Shown: piece by piece, positions 53,191-62,066 of the stretch | Layout of the letters: the number at the start of each line of letters is the position of its first letter | How positions within the stretch are numbered: position 1 is the stretch's first letter | Source of the DNA: Bradymonadia bacterium | Lineage (GTDB): Bacteria > Myxococcota_A > Bradymonadia > UBA7976 > UBA1532 | Reading direction: 5' to 3' | Length of the DNA stretch: 64,000 bases | Assembly (NCBI GenBank): GCA_046290225.1 | Contig: JBKAGE010000036.1 | Coordinates: 128,001-192,000, forward strand | Translations under genes and position numbers: made by a program | The notes under the pieces: model-generated | Database searches by the model: none | The model's input: the letters and a program-made list of their open reading frames with translations, nothing else | Told to the model about the DNA's origin: nothing

Positions 53191-54352
53191 AGCGTGATCG
53201 ACGATGGGCCAGCTTGTGCGTGGTCGGGGCGAGCAGGCCCAGGGTGGTGACCCACACCGCCAGGGTGCTCCACACACCAGGGCCTGCGAGCAGTGTCAGC
53301 GCCAGCGTGATGGGCCCGAGAAACACAGCGGCCTCCCAGGTGGACTCGTAAAACGGCAGCCTGGCGCAAGCGCCCGGACGATCATGGTGCACGTGAAAGC
53401 CACGGGCGAGCCAGGCCAGCCGACCAGAGTCCGGCGACACGCGCTGGTCGAGGAGCCAGTGGGCCAGACCGCTGACGAAGTCAGTGAGAAACATCGCCGG
53501 CAGCAGCAGCGCCAACAACACCCAGGGGCTCGGGGCCACCCACACCAGCGCTCTGATGGAGCCGGCCACGGTCAGATAGACGCCCACACACTTGATGCCT
53601 TCGACGACAGAGTCGCGATCCAGAGTGCTCCACCATGCCCGGAGAGGCTCGATGTTCGCTGCCCAGACACTCTGAGGTGCGGGTTTCGACAGACCAAATG
53701 TCCTGGTCTTCTCCCCTGACCGATAGGTGCCGAAGAGACGGTCCCACACGATGAAGATGCCACCGAAGTTCGCCGGCTCCGCAGGGGCGTGGTGACGCCG
53801 GTGAGCCTCAGGGTGGTTGAGCAAGGCACCGAGGACGCCGAAGTCACCGAGGCTGTTGCTGTGCAGCAGGAACATGGCGCCAGTGGAGGCCATCATGATC
53901 CCGAGGTAGACCTCGGCGGGGATCCCCATGAGCGCCAGGGGCAAGAAAAACGGAAAGGCACTCAGAGGGGCCAGGATCCCGGAACGAAAACCCACCGTCA
54001 GGTTGTATTCGGTGGGCTGATGATGGACCGCGTGCACGGCCCATAGCCCATGGTGCCGGTGAGCGAGGCGATGCTCCCAATAGTAGAGCAGGTCGTAGGC
54101 GATCAGACCCAGCACCCAAGTCGATGGGGCTTGGGCCGAGAGTGCCCAGGCGCCCCAACTCGACTGGACCATGTGGTAGAGCGCCGCCAGTGTGCCCTGA
54201 GTGGCCACGGCAGCCAGGCCTCTCGCCAAACCACAGGTGAGGTTGGTCTTCACATGGGACCAGGCATAGGCCGAGGTGCCCTGACAGCGATTTTGATGGG
54301 CTTCGGCGCAGATGATGGCGACGCCGAGGGGGCAAAGCAGCGTGAGAATCAT
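52976..54352 (-). CDS. sterol-desaturase/AGMO-like domain fused to a truncated CarF/TMEM189-like domain (probably disrupted)
   Basis: YYWEHRLAH, HAVHH, HRRHH, NFGGIFIVWDRLFGT; then DFVSGLAHWLLD, FHVHH, THKLAH followed by an apparently non-homologous tail. Confidence 0.75.
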   Translation of the reverse strand: MILTLLCPLGVAIICAEAHQNRCQGTSAYAWSHVKTNLTCGLARGLAAVATQGTLAALYHMVQSSWGAWALSAQAPSTWVLGLIAYDLLYYWEHRLAHRHHGLWAVHAVHHQPTEYNLTVGFRSGILAPLSAFPFFLPLALMGIPAEVYLGIMMASTGAMFLLHSNSLGDFGVLGALLNHPEAHRRHHAPAEPANFGGIFIVWDRLFGTYRSGEKTRTFGLSKPAPQSVWAANIEPLRAWWSTLDRDSVVEGIKCVGVYLTVAGSIRALVWVAPSPWVLLALLLPAMFLTDFVSGLAHWLLDQRVSPDSGRLAWLARGFHVHHDRPGACARLPFYESTWEAAVFLGPITLALTLLAGPGVWSTLAVWVTTLGLLAPTTHKLAHRRSRSRLPRFRWRPPLHWRRPILTPSDTSPLWPTLKVRPIAIYSSKRCPGPRKRCSRQTAQTPSWPLWPQAWASL

Positions 54353-54411
54353 GATGTCCCTCTCCTGAACCTTTGAACTCAGGATAGAGGGGCGCCACGA
54401 TGTTCTTCTAT

Positions 54412-54436
54412 TGAGTAATCGTCGACCGATTAATCA
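54412..54436. promoter_or_regulatory. AT-rich palindrome upstream of the desaturase
   Basis: TGAgTAATCG-N5-CGATTAaTCA (one mismatch). Confidence 0.5.
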
Positions 54437-54464
54437 CTGCAGCTAATCAATTGAAAGTGGGGAC

Positions 54465-55160
54465 TCAGCGCTTCTTGATCCAGAGGGCACCCTCGTCGCC
54501 TGCATCGACCTCAATCCAGGTGCCGGCGGGGGTGGTCTTGCGCTGCCAGAACTTTGCGTGCAGGCGCTCCACCTGATTACGAATCACCGCCATGGACTCG
54601 TCCACGGCGACCTTGAGCGCCTCTTCGAGAGCCGTGTCGATGACCTCGCCCGCGATGGCGGAGCACACCCCACCCACATCGAGCTCTTTGCACAGCTGCT
54701 CAGTGACCTGACGGCGCATCTCCGGCCGCTGGGCGTCGATCTGGCGCATGACCCCGGCACGGTAGGCTTCGGTCTCCAGCGTGTAGAACTGGTCGCGCTC
54801 TACGTTCTCGATCTCGATGAAGTCGAGCACCCGCTTTTGCAGATCAGCGTCTGCCCCCACGGTGGTCTCGCCCTCCGGAGGCACAGCCACATAGCCCTGC
54901 ACGCTCTCGCCCACGACGCCGAGGCGCTTGAGGGCGATCTGCTCGTCTACCCGAGCGCGGATGGACTTCAGCACCGCTGTGCGCTCGGCACGCTGCTCCG
55001 GGGTGAGGCTGTAGCCGCTGTCGGCCTTGCCATCTGCTTGCAAGCCAGTGGCTGCAGGGGGATCGATCAGCTCGGGGGTCTCCTCCGCCTCCTCGGCAGG
55101 TGCAGAAGCACAACCGGCGGCGAGGCAGAGAGCGGCGAACAGGTGAGCGAAACGACGCAT
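54465..55160 (-). CDS. lipoprotein with YdbL/DUF1318-like domain
   Basis: lipobox AAGC; GKADS; LKRLGVVGESVQGYV, EN.ER...Y, GTWIE. Confidence 0.65.
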   Translation of the reverse strand: MRRFAHLFAALCLAAGCASAPAEEAEETPELIDPPAATGLQADGKADSGYSLTPEQRAERTAVLKSIRARVDEQIALKRLGVVGESVQGYVAVPPEGETTVGADADLQKRVLDFIEIENVERDQFYTLETEAYRAGVMRQIDAQRPEMRRQVTEQLCKELDVGGVCSAIAGEVIDTALEEALKVAVDESMAVIRNQVERLHAKFWQRKTTPAGTWIEVDAGDEGALWIKKR

Positions 55161-55303
55161 GAGCAGACTCCGAAGGTGATGCGCCGTTGAGTAGCAACCT
55201 TCAGGCCAAACAGAAAGTCACCTCCACAGGCCAGATCTGGCCATGGTGCAGGTGTCGTGGGGCTCATGGACCCCACGGCAGGTGGCAGCTGCGGTGACCT
55301 CTC

Positions 55304-56818
55304 TCAGGGCTCTGGGGGGGGCTCTGGTTGCACGCACACCCTCACATTGCCGCCCTCGCCATTGTCCCGTGGCAGGCACACGCTGCCTGCAGGGCAATCC
55401 TCAGTGCTACAGCACGGCTCCACGCAGCGATCTTCGACGCACAGCCCGCTCTGGCAGGCCTGACCAGCGCCGGATACACACTCGCTGCCAAAGGGCAGCT
55501 CACCTCTGGGCAGTGGGGCGCAGGCTGTGGTGATGCTGCGGTTGTCTACTCCGCTGAGCACCTGATTGCACTGGTAGCCGTTCGGGCAATCCCGGGCGCT
55601 GCAGCACGGATCGGCGCACTGAGCGCGGTTGTCAGCGAAGATGCAGATGCCGCCGAGACAGTCGAGCTCAAGGAACTGGGAGCAGTCGTCACCGGTACGG
55701 CCAAAGCCAATGCCCAAGGGCACGTCGCACATCATGCGCTGGCCACCGTTGACGTTACGCCACGTGCAGATGCGCCCGCCACAGTCCACGTCGGTACAGC
55801 ACCCGCCCTGGCACTGATCGTCTCCCACATCGCACAGGCCGCTGCGGCACGAGTTCCCCGTGGGCCCGCAGGTCTGGCCCGCGTTGGACGTGAACTCCAC
55901 CCCCGGCGGGAAGATGCGGTCGGGGAGGCAGTACTTCACTCCATTCAGGTAGAGACACCCGAAGTTCGGCGGGCACTCGAAGCTGGCGCAGCACAGCTGG
56001 GCACAGACAGACTGCGGATCTCCAGCGACGGCCACCTGCAGGCACAGCCCGCTGTTGCACTCGTCATCGGTCTGGCAATCATCTCCGAGACTGCCCATAG
56101 GCGGCGGCCCGGGGGGATTGCAGTCTCCAGTGTTCTGGTCGCACATCCACCCGTCGGGGCACACGCCGCTCTGCCGGCAATCGTTTGGATCGGCTGGCAC
56201 ACACCGCCCGGTGTTTTGATCGCAGCGCTCATTGGCACCACACATCAACCCGTCACGGCAATCATCTGGGGCGGGAGGCACGCAGTCACCCGTGTTGGGG
56301 TTGCAGGTCCAACCTGCGGGGCATGGAGCACCCTCACGGCAATCTTCTGGGGGCACCTCGGCGTCGGGGGTCGTGGGGGCGATGCATCGACCGGTGACTG
56401 GACTGCACTCGAGGCCCTGGGCGCACCCTTCAGTGAGACAGCCCGGGCCGCACCGGCCAACGGCGCAAATGCTCGCTGGTGGATCACAGCCATCATCATC
56501 GACGCACTCTTCCACCGGTGGCAGGCACTGCCCGCTCTGGCACGTGAGGCCTGCCTCACAGTCGCGATCGGTCCGGCAATCGAAAATGCAGATGCGGCTC
56601 TCGGTGTCGCAGTAGAAGCCCGGATCACAGTCGCTGTTGATGCGGCACGGCGGCGGCGCTGCGTCGACCTGCGCATCTGCCGGGCGCCGCGGGGAGGCAT
56701 CACGGGCAGGCAACGGCTCGGTGCTCGACCCGCCATTGCTCACCTTGTCTTCGCAGGCGCCGAGGCACAGGGAGAGCCCGATGAGCGCACACATCAACCA
56801 TGGGGAAGAGGCAAACAT
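55304..56818 (-). CDS. Cys-rich repeat lipoprotein
   Basis: lipobox LGAC; many C...TG.C and C..D..C modules. Confidence 0.78.
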   Translation of the reverse strand: MFASSPWLMCALIGLSLCLGACEDKVSNGGSSTEPLPARDASPRRPADAQVDAAPPPCRINSDCDPGFYCDTESRICIFDCRTDRDCEAGLTCQSGQCLPPVEECVDDDGCDPPASICAVGRCGPGCLTEGCAQGLECSPVTGRCIAPTTPDAEVPPEDCREGAPCPAGWTCNPNTGDCVPPAPDDCRDGLMCGANERCDQNTGRCVPADPNDCRQSGVCPDGWMCDQNTGDCNPPGPPPMGSLGDDCQTDDECNSGLCLQVAVAGDPQSVCAQLCCASFECPPNFGCLYLNGVKYCLPDRIFPPGVEFTSNAGQTCGPTGNSCRSGLCDVGDDQCQGGCCTDVDCGGRICTWRNVNGGQRMMCDVPLGIGFGRTGDDCSQFLELDCLGGICIFADNRAQCADPCCSARDCPNGYQCNQVLSGVDNRSITTACAPLPRGELPFGSECVSGAGQACQSGLCVEDRCVEPCCSTEDCPAGSVCLPRDNGEGGNVRVCVQPEPPPEP

Positions 56819-57034
56819 GTGCGGTAATGTGCCAGGGGGGCAGAGATGATGGCAATGCGAGATGGCGCGGTGGTGTACTGAGCAGGTGTGAAGCACAGCC
56901 TCACCCCCTGTGAAGTCCCGGCATCACTCGAGGGGCATCGAGGGCGGGCCTCTCGAGTCAACGCAGCACTCACCCCTGAACAACTCTCTTAGAGTTCGAG
57001 CACTTACAGCCGGCCACGCGGCATCTTCCGATTT

Positions 57035-57051
57035 TTGGCATCGTCTGTGCT
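57035..57051 (+). promoter_or_regulatory. sigma54 promoter
   Basis: TTGGCAtcgtcTGTGCT with GG-N10-GC spacing, about 40 nt before ATG 57094. Confidence 0.6.
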
Positions 57052-57093
57052 CTCTCCTGCGAGCGAACCACGATTTCACTCAGGAGAATCTAC

Positions 57094-57807
57094 ATGCGCC
57101 GCTTCACCATCGCCGCCGCCGCTGCCGCCCTCACCCTCACCGGCTTCACCGTGACCGCTCAGGCTGAGGTGCCTCTGGCCACCTCCGCCAGCCTCTTCGG
57201 CGGCAGCTCAGGCTTCAGCGGAGACGTGCAGAGCCGCCGAAGGTATCGTAGGAGTCGCCGTCGGCCTCGGGTCACCCGTCGGGTAGAGGTCGTGCACAGC
57301 AACGCGCAGATCCCTGGCGCTGGCCTGATCTTCGGTCAGATCGGGACCGGCACCGTCGGTGGGGCCGAGACCTACGAGACGCCGGTCGCCCTCGGGGCGG
57401 GCTTCCGCTACGAGGCAGGCAACGCTGGGGTGGAGGTGGGCACCCGGGCGGTCTTCGCTGATGACATCTATGGCCAGAACAACCTCACCAGCACCAACCT
57501 GCGCCTGATCGGTCAGTACCACCTGAACGGGAACAGCATGGCCTCGCCCTACTTTGGCGCCGGCCTTGGCCTGACCCACACCTCGATGGAGCAGGATGGC
57601 CTGCACTATGAGGGCTCGGGCCTCTCTGCAGAATTCGCCGCGGGCCTGTCGTTCCTGCGCGACAGTCCTGTCCGTATGAATGTCGAGGCGGCAGCGTCGC
57701 TGCCCTTCCAACGCTTCAACCGCAACGGCTCGGCCTTTGCCACTGACGATCAGGTGTACGCCCCGACCTTCACGCTGAACGTGGGGCTGGGCTTCCAGGT
57801 GTTCTGA
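57094..57807 (+). CDS. outer-membrane beta-barrel protein with Arg-rich N-terminal segment
   Basis: signal peptide ending AQA; SPYFGAGLG; terminal GLGFQVF; AGGAG RBS. Confidence 0.75.
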   Translation: MRRFTIAAAAAALTLTGFTVTAQAEVPLATSASLFGGSSGFSGDVQSRRRYRRSRRRPRVTRRVEVVHSNAQIPGAGLIFGQIGTGTVGGAETYETPVALGAGFRYEAGNAGVEVGTRAVFADDIYGQNNLTSTNLRLIGQYHLNGNSMASPYFGAGLGLTHTSMEQDGLHYEGSGLSAEFAAGLSFLRDSPVRMNVEAAASLPFQRFNRNGSAFATDDQVYAPTFTLNVGLGFQVF

Positions 57808-57813
57808 TGCTCT

Positions 57814-57978
57814 GCTCCGGCGCTGCGGCGGCGCCAGCCGCCGTGACGCCGGCGATTTCCCGCCCAGCTGCGACCTTTCCGTCCTCGACGCAGCACAGCT
57901 GCGCCTGCGGGTGAAAGCCCACATCTGAACGAGAACTCACCGACCTCACGACGACTGTCGCCACCTCCGCGCCTCCGC
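57814..57978. repeat. 165-bp structured dispersed repeat, copy C (diverged)
   Basis: gapless alignment to copy A, about 64% identity by hand count, motifs at identical offsets. Confidence 0.85.
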
Positions 57979-58065
57979 GGGGCTCGTGCATAGGTGGGCT
58001 GGGGCTTTGAGGGGTTGGGGACTGGGGGTTTGAGTTTTTGGGGATTGGACTGATTTTGAGCGCTG

Positions 58066-59229
58066 TCAGTCCAGGATCTCTTCGAGGAAGTCGCACAGAT
58101 CTTCGGCTCGGGCATCCCAGCCGTCAGGCTCCACCCGTGTGCGTCGGAGAGCGGCGGACTCGGGCGCAAGTTGCAGGGCCTCGGCGATGGCCTTTGCGAA
58201 GGCCTCGGCGCCGTCACCTGTGGGGACCAGATCGCCTACAGCGTTGACGATCTCCGGCATCGCTGTGGTGGCCACAGGGCGGCCGGTGGCCATGAACTCT
58301 CGGAGCTTGAGAGGGTTGATGGTGTCGGTCTGCTCGTTGCGTACATAGGGGATGATCAAGGCATCGGCGCTGGCGAGCCAGCGGGGCACCTCGTTGTAGG
58401 GCACCCCGGGCATGACGTGCACGTTGGGCAACGCGTCGAGGGTGTTCTCGGGGGCAGTCCTTGGGCCCACGAAGACGAAGTGCCATTCGGGGTGGGCCTG
58501 GGCCACGGCGGTGAGCATGGCGGCATCTACTCGGGAGTCGTACAGGCCCAGGCTCATCACCCTCGGGTGGGGCACGGCGGCCATGGGGGCAGGTGCCTCA
58601 CCGCCGGCGGCGAACATGTCGACGTCGACGCCGTGGGGCAGGCTCAGCGTGGGCATCCCCGGACGGGCGCGATCTTCGATCAGCTTTGCTGCGGTGCCCA
58701 CAAGAGCGTCGCAGCGCTCGATCAGATGGCGCTCGAGGGCCTTGATTGCCGTCGCCTCGTAGCCAGGCCACGTCTCGAAGTCGTCTACGCAGTAGTAGAT
58801 GAAGCTCGACTCTTCCAATCGTCCCACCAGGCCCGCCACCGTAGGCACCGTGGTGATCACGATCGGGCGGTGCATGCCCATGGCCTTCGCCTTGCGCACG
58901 ATCAATCGGCTGAGCACCTCGTCATTGATGCGGGCCCCTACAGGGTGACCATAGAACGGGTGCATCGGGGGCGAGAACCGCGTGAGACCTTCGGGCTCTG
59001 GGGCCCACGAAGGGGCGTTGTTCGTCGGGCCGCCGGGGCGCACCCAGCCACGGACCTTCTCCACGGTGCGCTCGATGTCGTAGCGCGTGATCCGCGGACG
59101 CCTCAGGCCGATGGTCTCCACCCACAACACCCGGTTGTGGGGGGCGATCCGCCGGAAGAGATGCTGGCTCGATGAAGGATGTCGACCCCAGTCGTCGCTG
59201 AAGACCACAAAATCCCGACCTCGGATCAT
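58066..59229 (-). CDS. GT-B glycosyltransferase (TuaH-like)
   Basis: FSDDWGRHPSSSQHL, YYCVDDF, HGVD, NPLKLREFMATGRPV. Confidence 0.85.
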   Translation of the reverse strand: MIRGRDFVVFSDDWGRHPSSSQHLFRRIAPHNRVLWVETIGLRRPRITRYDIERTVEKVRGWVRPGGPTNNAPSWAPEPEGLTRFSPPMHPFYGHPVGARINDEVLSRLIVRKAKAMGMHRPIVITTVPTVAGLVGRLEESSFIYYCVDDFETWPGYEATAIKALERHLIERCDALVGTAAKLIEDRARPGMPTLSLPHGVDVDMFAAGGEAPAPMAAVPHPRVMSLGLYDSRVDAAMLTAVAQAHPEWHFVFVGPRTAPENTLDALPNVHVMPGVPYNEVPRWLASADALIIPYVRNEQTDTINPLKLREFMATGRPVATTAMPEIVNAVGDLVPTGDGAEAFAKAIAEALQLAPESAALRRTRVEPDGWDARAEDLCDFLEEILD

Positions 59230-61523
59230 CGCTCGCTCTCCACGCTGTGCTCGGAGGGGGAAGATAGGGCATCGCGGGGCGAGGCGGTAGCTTCCGGCAT
59301 CGGGTAGACGCTGAAGGCCACAGTTGGAGACGTTGCCACTGTGCGGCCATGGTCGTCGAGGGTGGCCACGGCGAGCCGGTGGCGCCCCCGCTCAGGGGAC
59401 CACCACAGCTGATGGTCAGGCTCGGACGTCTCGCCGATGATCTGCTCGTCGAGCAACCACCTCACGGTGACACCCTGGGGCGCTCTGGCCCGCAACAACA
59501 TCTGGCTGTGGGCCTCGCTCACGTCGGGATCCAGGGCAAAGGCGTCGTTGCGTTGAGGCCACTGCACGCTCAGCTCTGGTGCTGTCGATTTGGGCGCGGG
59601 CGACGCGGGCTGCTCGATGTCTTCGTCATCGGCGATGCACCACTCGGAGATGGTGTGCTCACAGTGTGTCAGATCTGCAGAATCTGTGTTGGGGCGGGGC
59701 CGAGCACACAGCGTACATGGTGTCAGGCCCTCTCGGCTGAACGCCCGTGGGGCCTGACCTCGTGTCAGCGTGTCCATGACGGCCCGCCAAAGCGGCGCCG
59801 CGCCGATGCCTCCGCTCACCTGTTTCATCGGCGCGCCGTCGAAGTTGCCCACCCACACACCTACGGTGAACCGATCGGTGAAGCCCACGGTCCAGGCGTC
59901 CGAGAAGTCGGCGCTGGTGCCGGTCTTTGCCGCAGCGGGGTATGGCGTCTCGAGGGGCCCGCTCCGACCGAAAGCGGGGGCCCGGGCCACAGGATCAGAG
60001 AGCATGTCGGTGATCAGGTGGGCCACATGGGCAGGCATGATCTGTGTGTGCTGGCTCGGTGCCTCACCCTGCCGCCACCGGGGTGGGCTGTAGCGTCCTC
60101 CGTTGGCCAGGGTGCGGTAGGCGTTGGCCAGATCGAGCAACCGGACCTCGGCGTTGCCCAGGGCGAGGCCCAGGCCATACTGCCCGGCGTGCTGATCGAG
60201 CCCAGTGAAGCCCAGCCGCCGTAGACGCTGGAGCAACGCCGGCACACCCACCTGCTCGGTCACCCACACTGCAGGCACGTTGTAACTACAGGCGAGGGCC
60301 TGTCGCGGGTAGACCCAGCCATGGAACGTACGATCATAGTTTCGAGGGCTCCACCGCCCTGTGGGTGTGGAGAAGTACACAGGCAAGTCGGGCAGCGGGG
60401 TATGCGGTGGGCCCTTCTCCATGGCGAGGCCATAGACGAAGGGCTTGAGGGTGCTCCCGGGCTGACGTCTGCGGATCACCATGTCAACCTGGCCCTCTCG
60501 CGGATCGAAGAAGTCGGCGCTGCCCACCCACGCGAGCAGCTCGCCCGTTGCGGTGTCGAGGACCACCGCCGCCCCCTGGCTGACCCCACGAGCGCTCAGA
60601 GCGTTCACCTGCTCCGATACAATGCGCTCCACCTGCCTCTGAACATCGAGGTCGAGGGTGGTGGGCACCACGCCAGGGGCCGGGCTCTGGCTCAGGGCCC
60701 AGGTGGTGAAGTGCGGTGCCGTGAGGTTCCGCCGCCCAGGGGCGAGGGTGATGGGCTCCGAGAGGGCCTCGCGCCATGTGGCCTCGTCGATGAACTCCAA
60801 GGTCAGCATGCGATCGAGGATCACGCGCTGGCGCTTGCGCGATCTGGCTTGATGGCTCAAAGGGTTGTTCAGGCTCGGTGCCCGGGGGATTCCCGCGAGC
60901 AGGGCCGCCTCGGCGAGGCTGAGGGCTGCAGAGGATTTGTCGAGGTAGAAACGGCTCGCTGCCTCGATGCCGAAAGTGCCGTGGCCGAAGGGCACGCGGT
61001 TGACGTACTCCGTGAGCACCCCCTGCTTGCCGATGGCCTGCTCCAGCCGCACCGCCAGCAAGGCCTCGTCGAGCTTGCCTCTGAGGCTTCGGGGCGCCCG
61101 TCGCATGTGCTTGACCACCTGTTGGGTGAGCGTGCTGCCTCCAGCCACGACCTCGCCGGCCTGCAGATTCTGAATCGCAGCACGGGCTACGCCTCGCCAG
61201 TCCACCCCGCTGTGATCGAAGAAGCGATGATCTTCGATGGCGATGAAGGCCAGCGGCACCCATGGGCTCACCGACTCGATCGAGCGCCAGTGGCCACGAC
61301 CCTCCATGGGGCCCAGCGCCTCTCTCAGCGGGCGCCCATGACGATCGAGCAGTCTCCAGCTCTCGGTGTCCCGACGGCTCAGATGCTCTTCGGGGAACGG
61401 CGCGCTCCACGCGACGAGGTAGAACACCAGCAACGCCAAAGCAGGGAGCAGAATGACCAGCCCCAAGGCCCCGAGGAGCCAGCGCCGGCGTCGGCTCCAC
61501 CAGGGACCTCGCCTCCCTGGCAC
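59226..61523 (-). CDS. pbpC: penicillin-binding protein 1C (transglycosylase/transpeptidase)
   Basis: EDHRFFDH.GVD, GGSTLTQQ, QPGSTLKPF, SYN, KTGTS, C-terminal BiPBP-like domain; start estimated. Confidence 0.9.
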   Translation of the reverse strand: MPGRRGPWWSRRRRWLLGALGLVILLPALALLVFYLVAWSAPFPEEHLSRRDTESWRLLDRHGRPLREALGPMEGRGHWRSIESVSPWVPLAFIAIEDHRFFDHSGVDWRGVARAAIQNLQAGEVVAGGSTLTQQVVKHMRRAPRSLRGKLDEALLAVRLEQAIGKQGVLTEYVNRVPFGHGTFGIEAASRFYLDKSSAALSLAEAALLAGIPRAPSLNNPLSHQARSRKRQRVILDRMLTLEFIDEATWREALSEPITLAPGRRNLTAPHFTTWALSQSPAPGVVPTTLDLDVQRQVERIVSEQVNALSARGVSQGAAVVLDTATGELLAWVGSADFFDPREGQVDMVIRRRQPGSTLKPFVYGLAMEKGPPHTPLPDLPVYFSTPTGRWSPRNYDRTFHGWVYPRQALACSYNVPAVWVTEQVGVPALLQRLRRLGFTGLDQHAGQYGLGLALGNAEVRLLDLANAYRTLANGGRYSPPRWRQGEAPSQHTQIMPAHVAHLITDMLSDPVARAPAFGRSGPLETPYPAAAKTGTSADFSDAWTVGFTDRFTVGVWVGNFDGAPMKQVSGGIGAAPLWRAVMDTLTRGQAPRAFSREGLTPCTLCARPRPNTDSADLTHCEHTISEWCIADDEDIEQPASPAPKSTAPELSVQWPQRNDAFALDPDVSEAHSQMLLRARAPQGVTVRWLLDEQIIGETSEPDHQLWWSPERGRHRLAVATLDDHGRTVATSPTVAFSVYPMPEATASPRDALSSPSEHSVESER

Positions 61524-61544
61524 CGGAGCGCTACCCTGTGGGCC

Positions 61545-62060
61545 ATGATCTGCACCACCCGCAACGCCAGCATTCGCCTGCTCACCTTCCGCGAAGGTCT
61601 GCTCTCCCGTCTGGGTCACGATCTACAGCTCACACTCGAAGAGTTCTCCCTCACGATCGATCCGGAGACGGGAGAAGTCCAGGGGCGCTTCTTCCCCGCG
61701 AGGCTCGTGGTGGACGGCTCGGTGGAGCGCGGTGTGGTACGGCCTGATGGTCTCAAGGCCAGAGACAAGGCCCAGATCGCCCGAAACGTGCAGCGAGACG
61801 TGCTCCACGTCACCCGGTACCCCCACATCACATTCGAAGGTGCGCTGAGCGACGATGGCGCTTGGGTGAAGGGTGCGCTCACGATGGTGGGCCAGAGTCA
61901 CCCCATCGAGGTGCCCTTCGAGCGCCGCGGTGGCCGTCTGCAGGGCGAGGTGAGCCTCACCCCCTCGCGTTGGGGGATCCCACCCTACACCGCCCTCCTC
62001 GGCGGCATCCGCCTCCAAGATCGCGTAATCCTGCGGTTTGACTTGCCTGATCCCGGGTGA
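61545..62060 (+). CDS. YceI-like lipid/polyisoprenoid-binding protein
   Basis: TFREGLLSRLGHDL, VL....YP.ITF, GALTM.G, WGIPPYTALLG. Confidence 0.75.
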   Translation: MICTTRNASIRLLTFREGLLSRLGHDLQLTLEEFSLTIDPETGEVQGRFFPARLVVDGSVERGVVRPDGLKARDKAQIARNVQRDVLHVTRYPHITFEGALSDDGAWVKGALTMVGQSHPIEVPFERRGGRLQGEVSLTPSRWGIPPYTALLGGIRLQDRVILRFDLPDPG

Positions 62061-62066
62061 CGACGC

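Noticed and set aside
60321..61544. N-terminal 400 aa of ORF 60321-62060
   Set aside because: antisense to pbpC; YceI similarity begins only at ATG 61545
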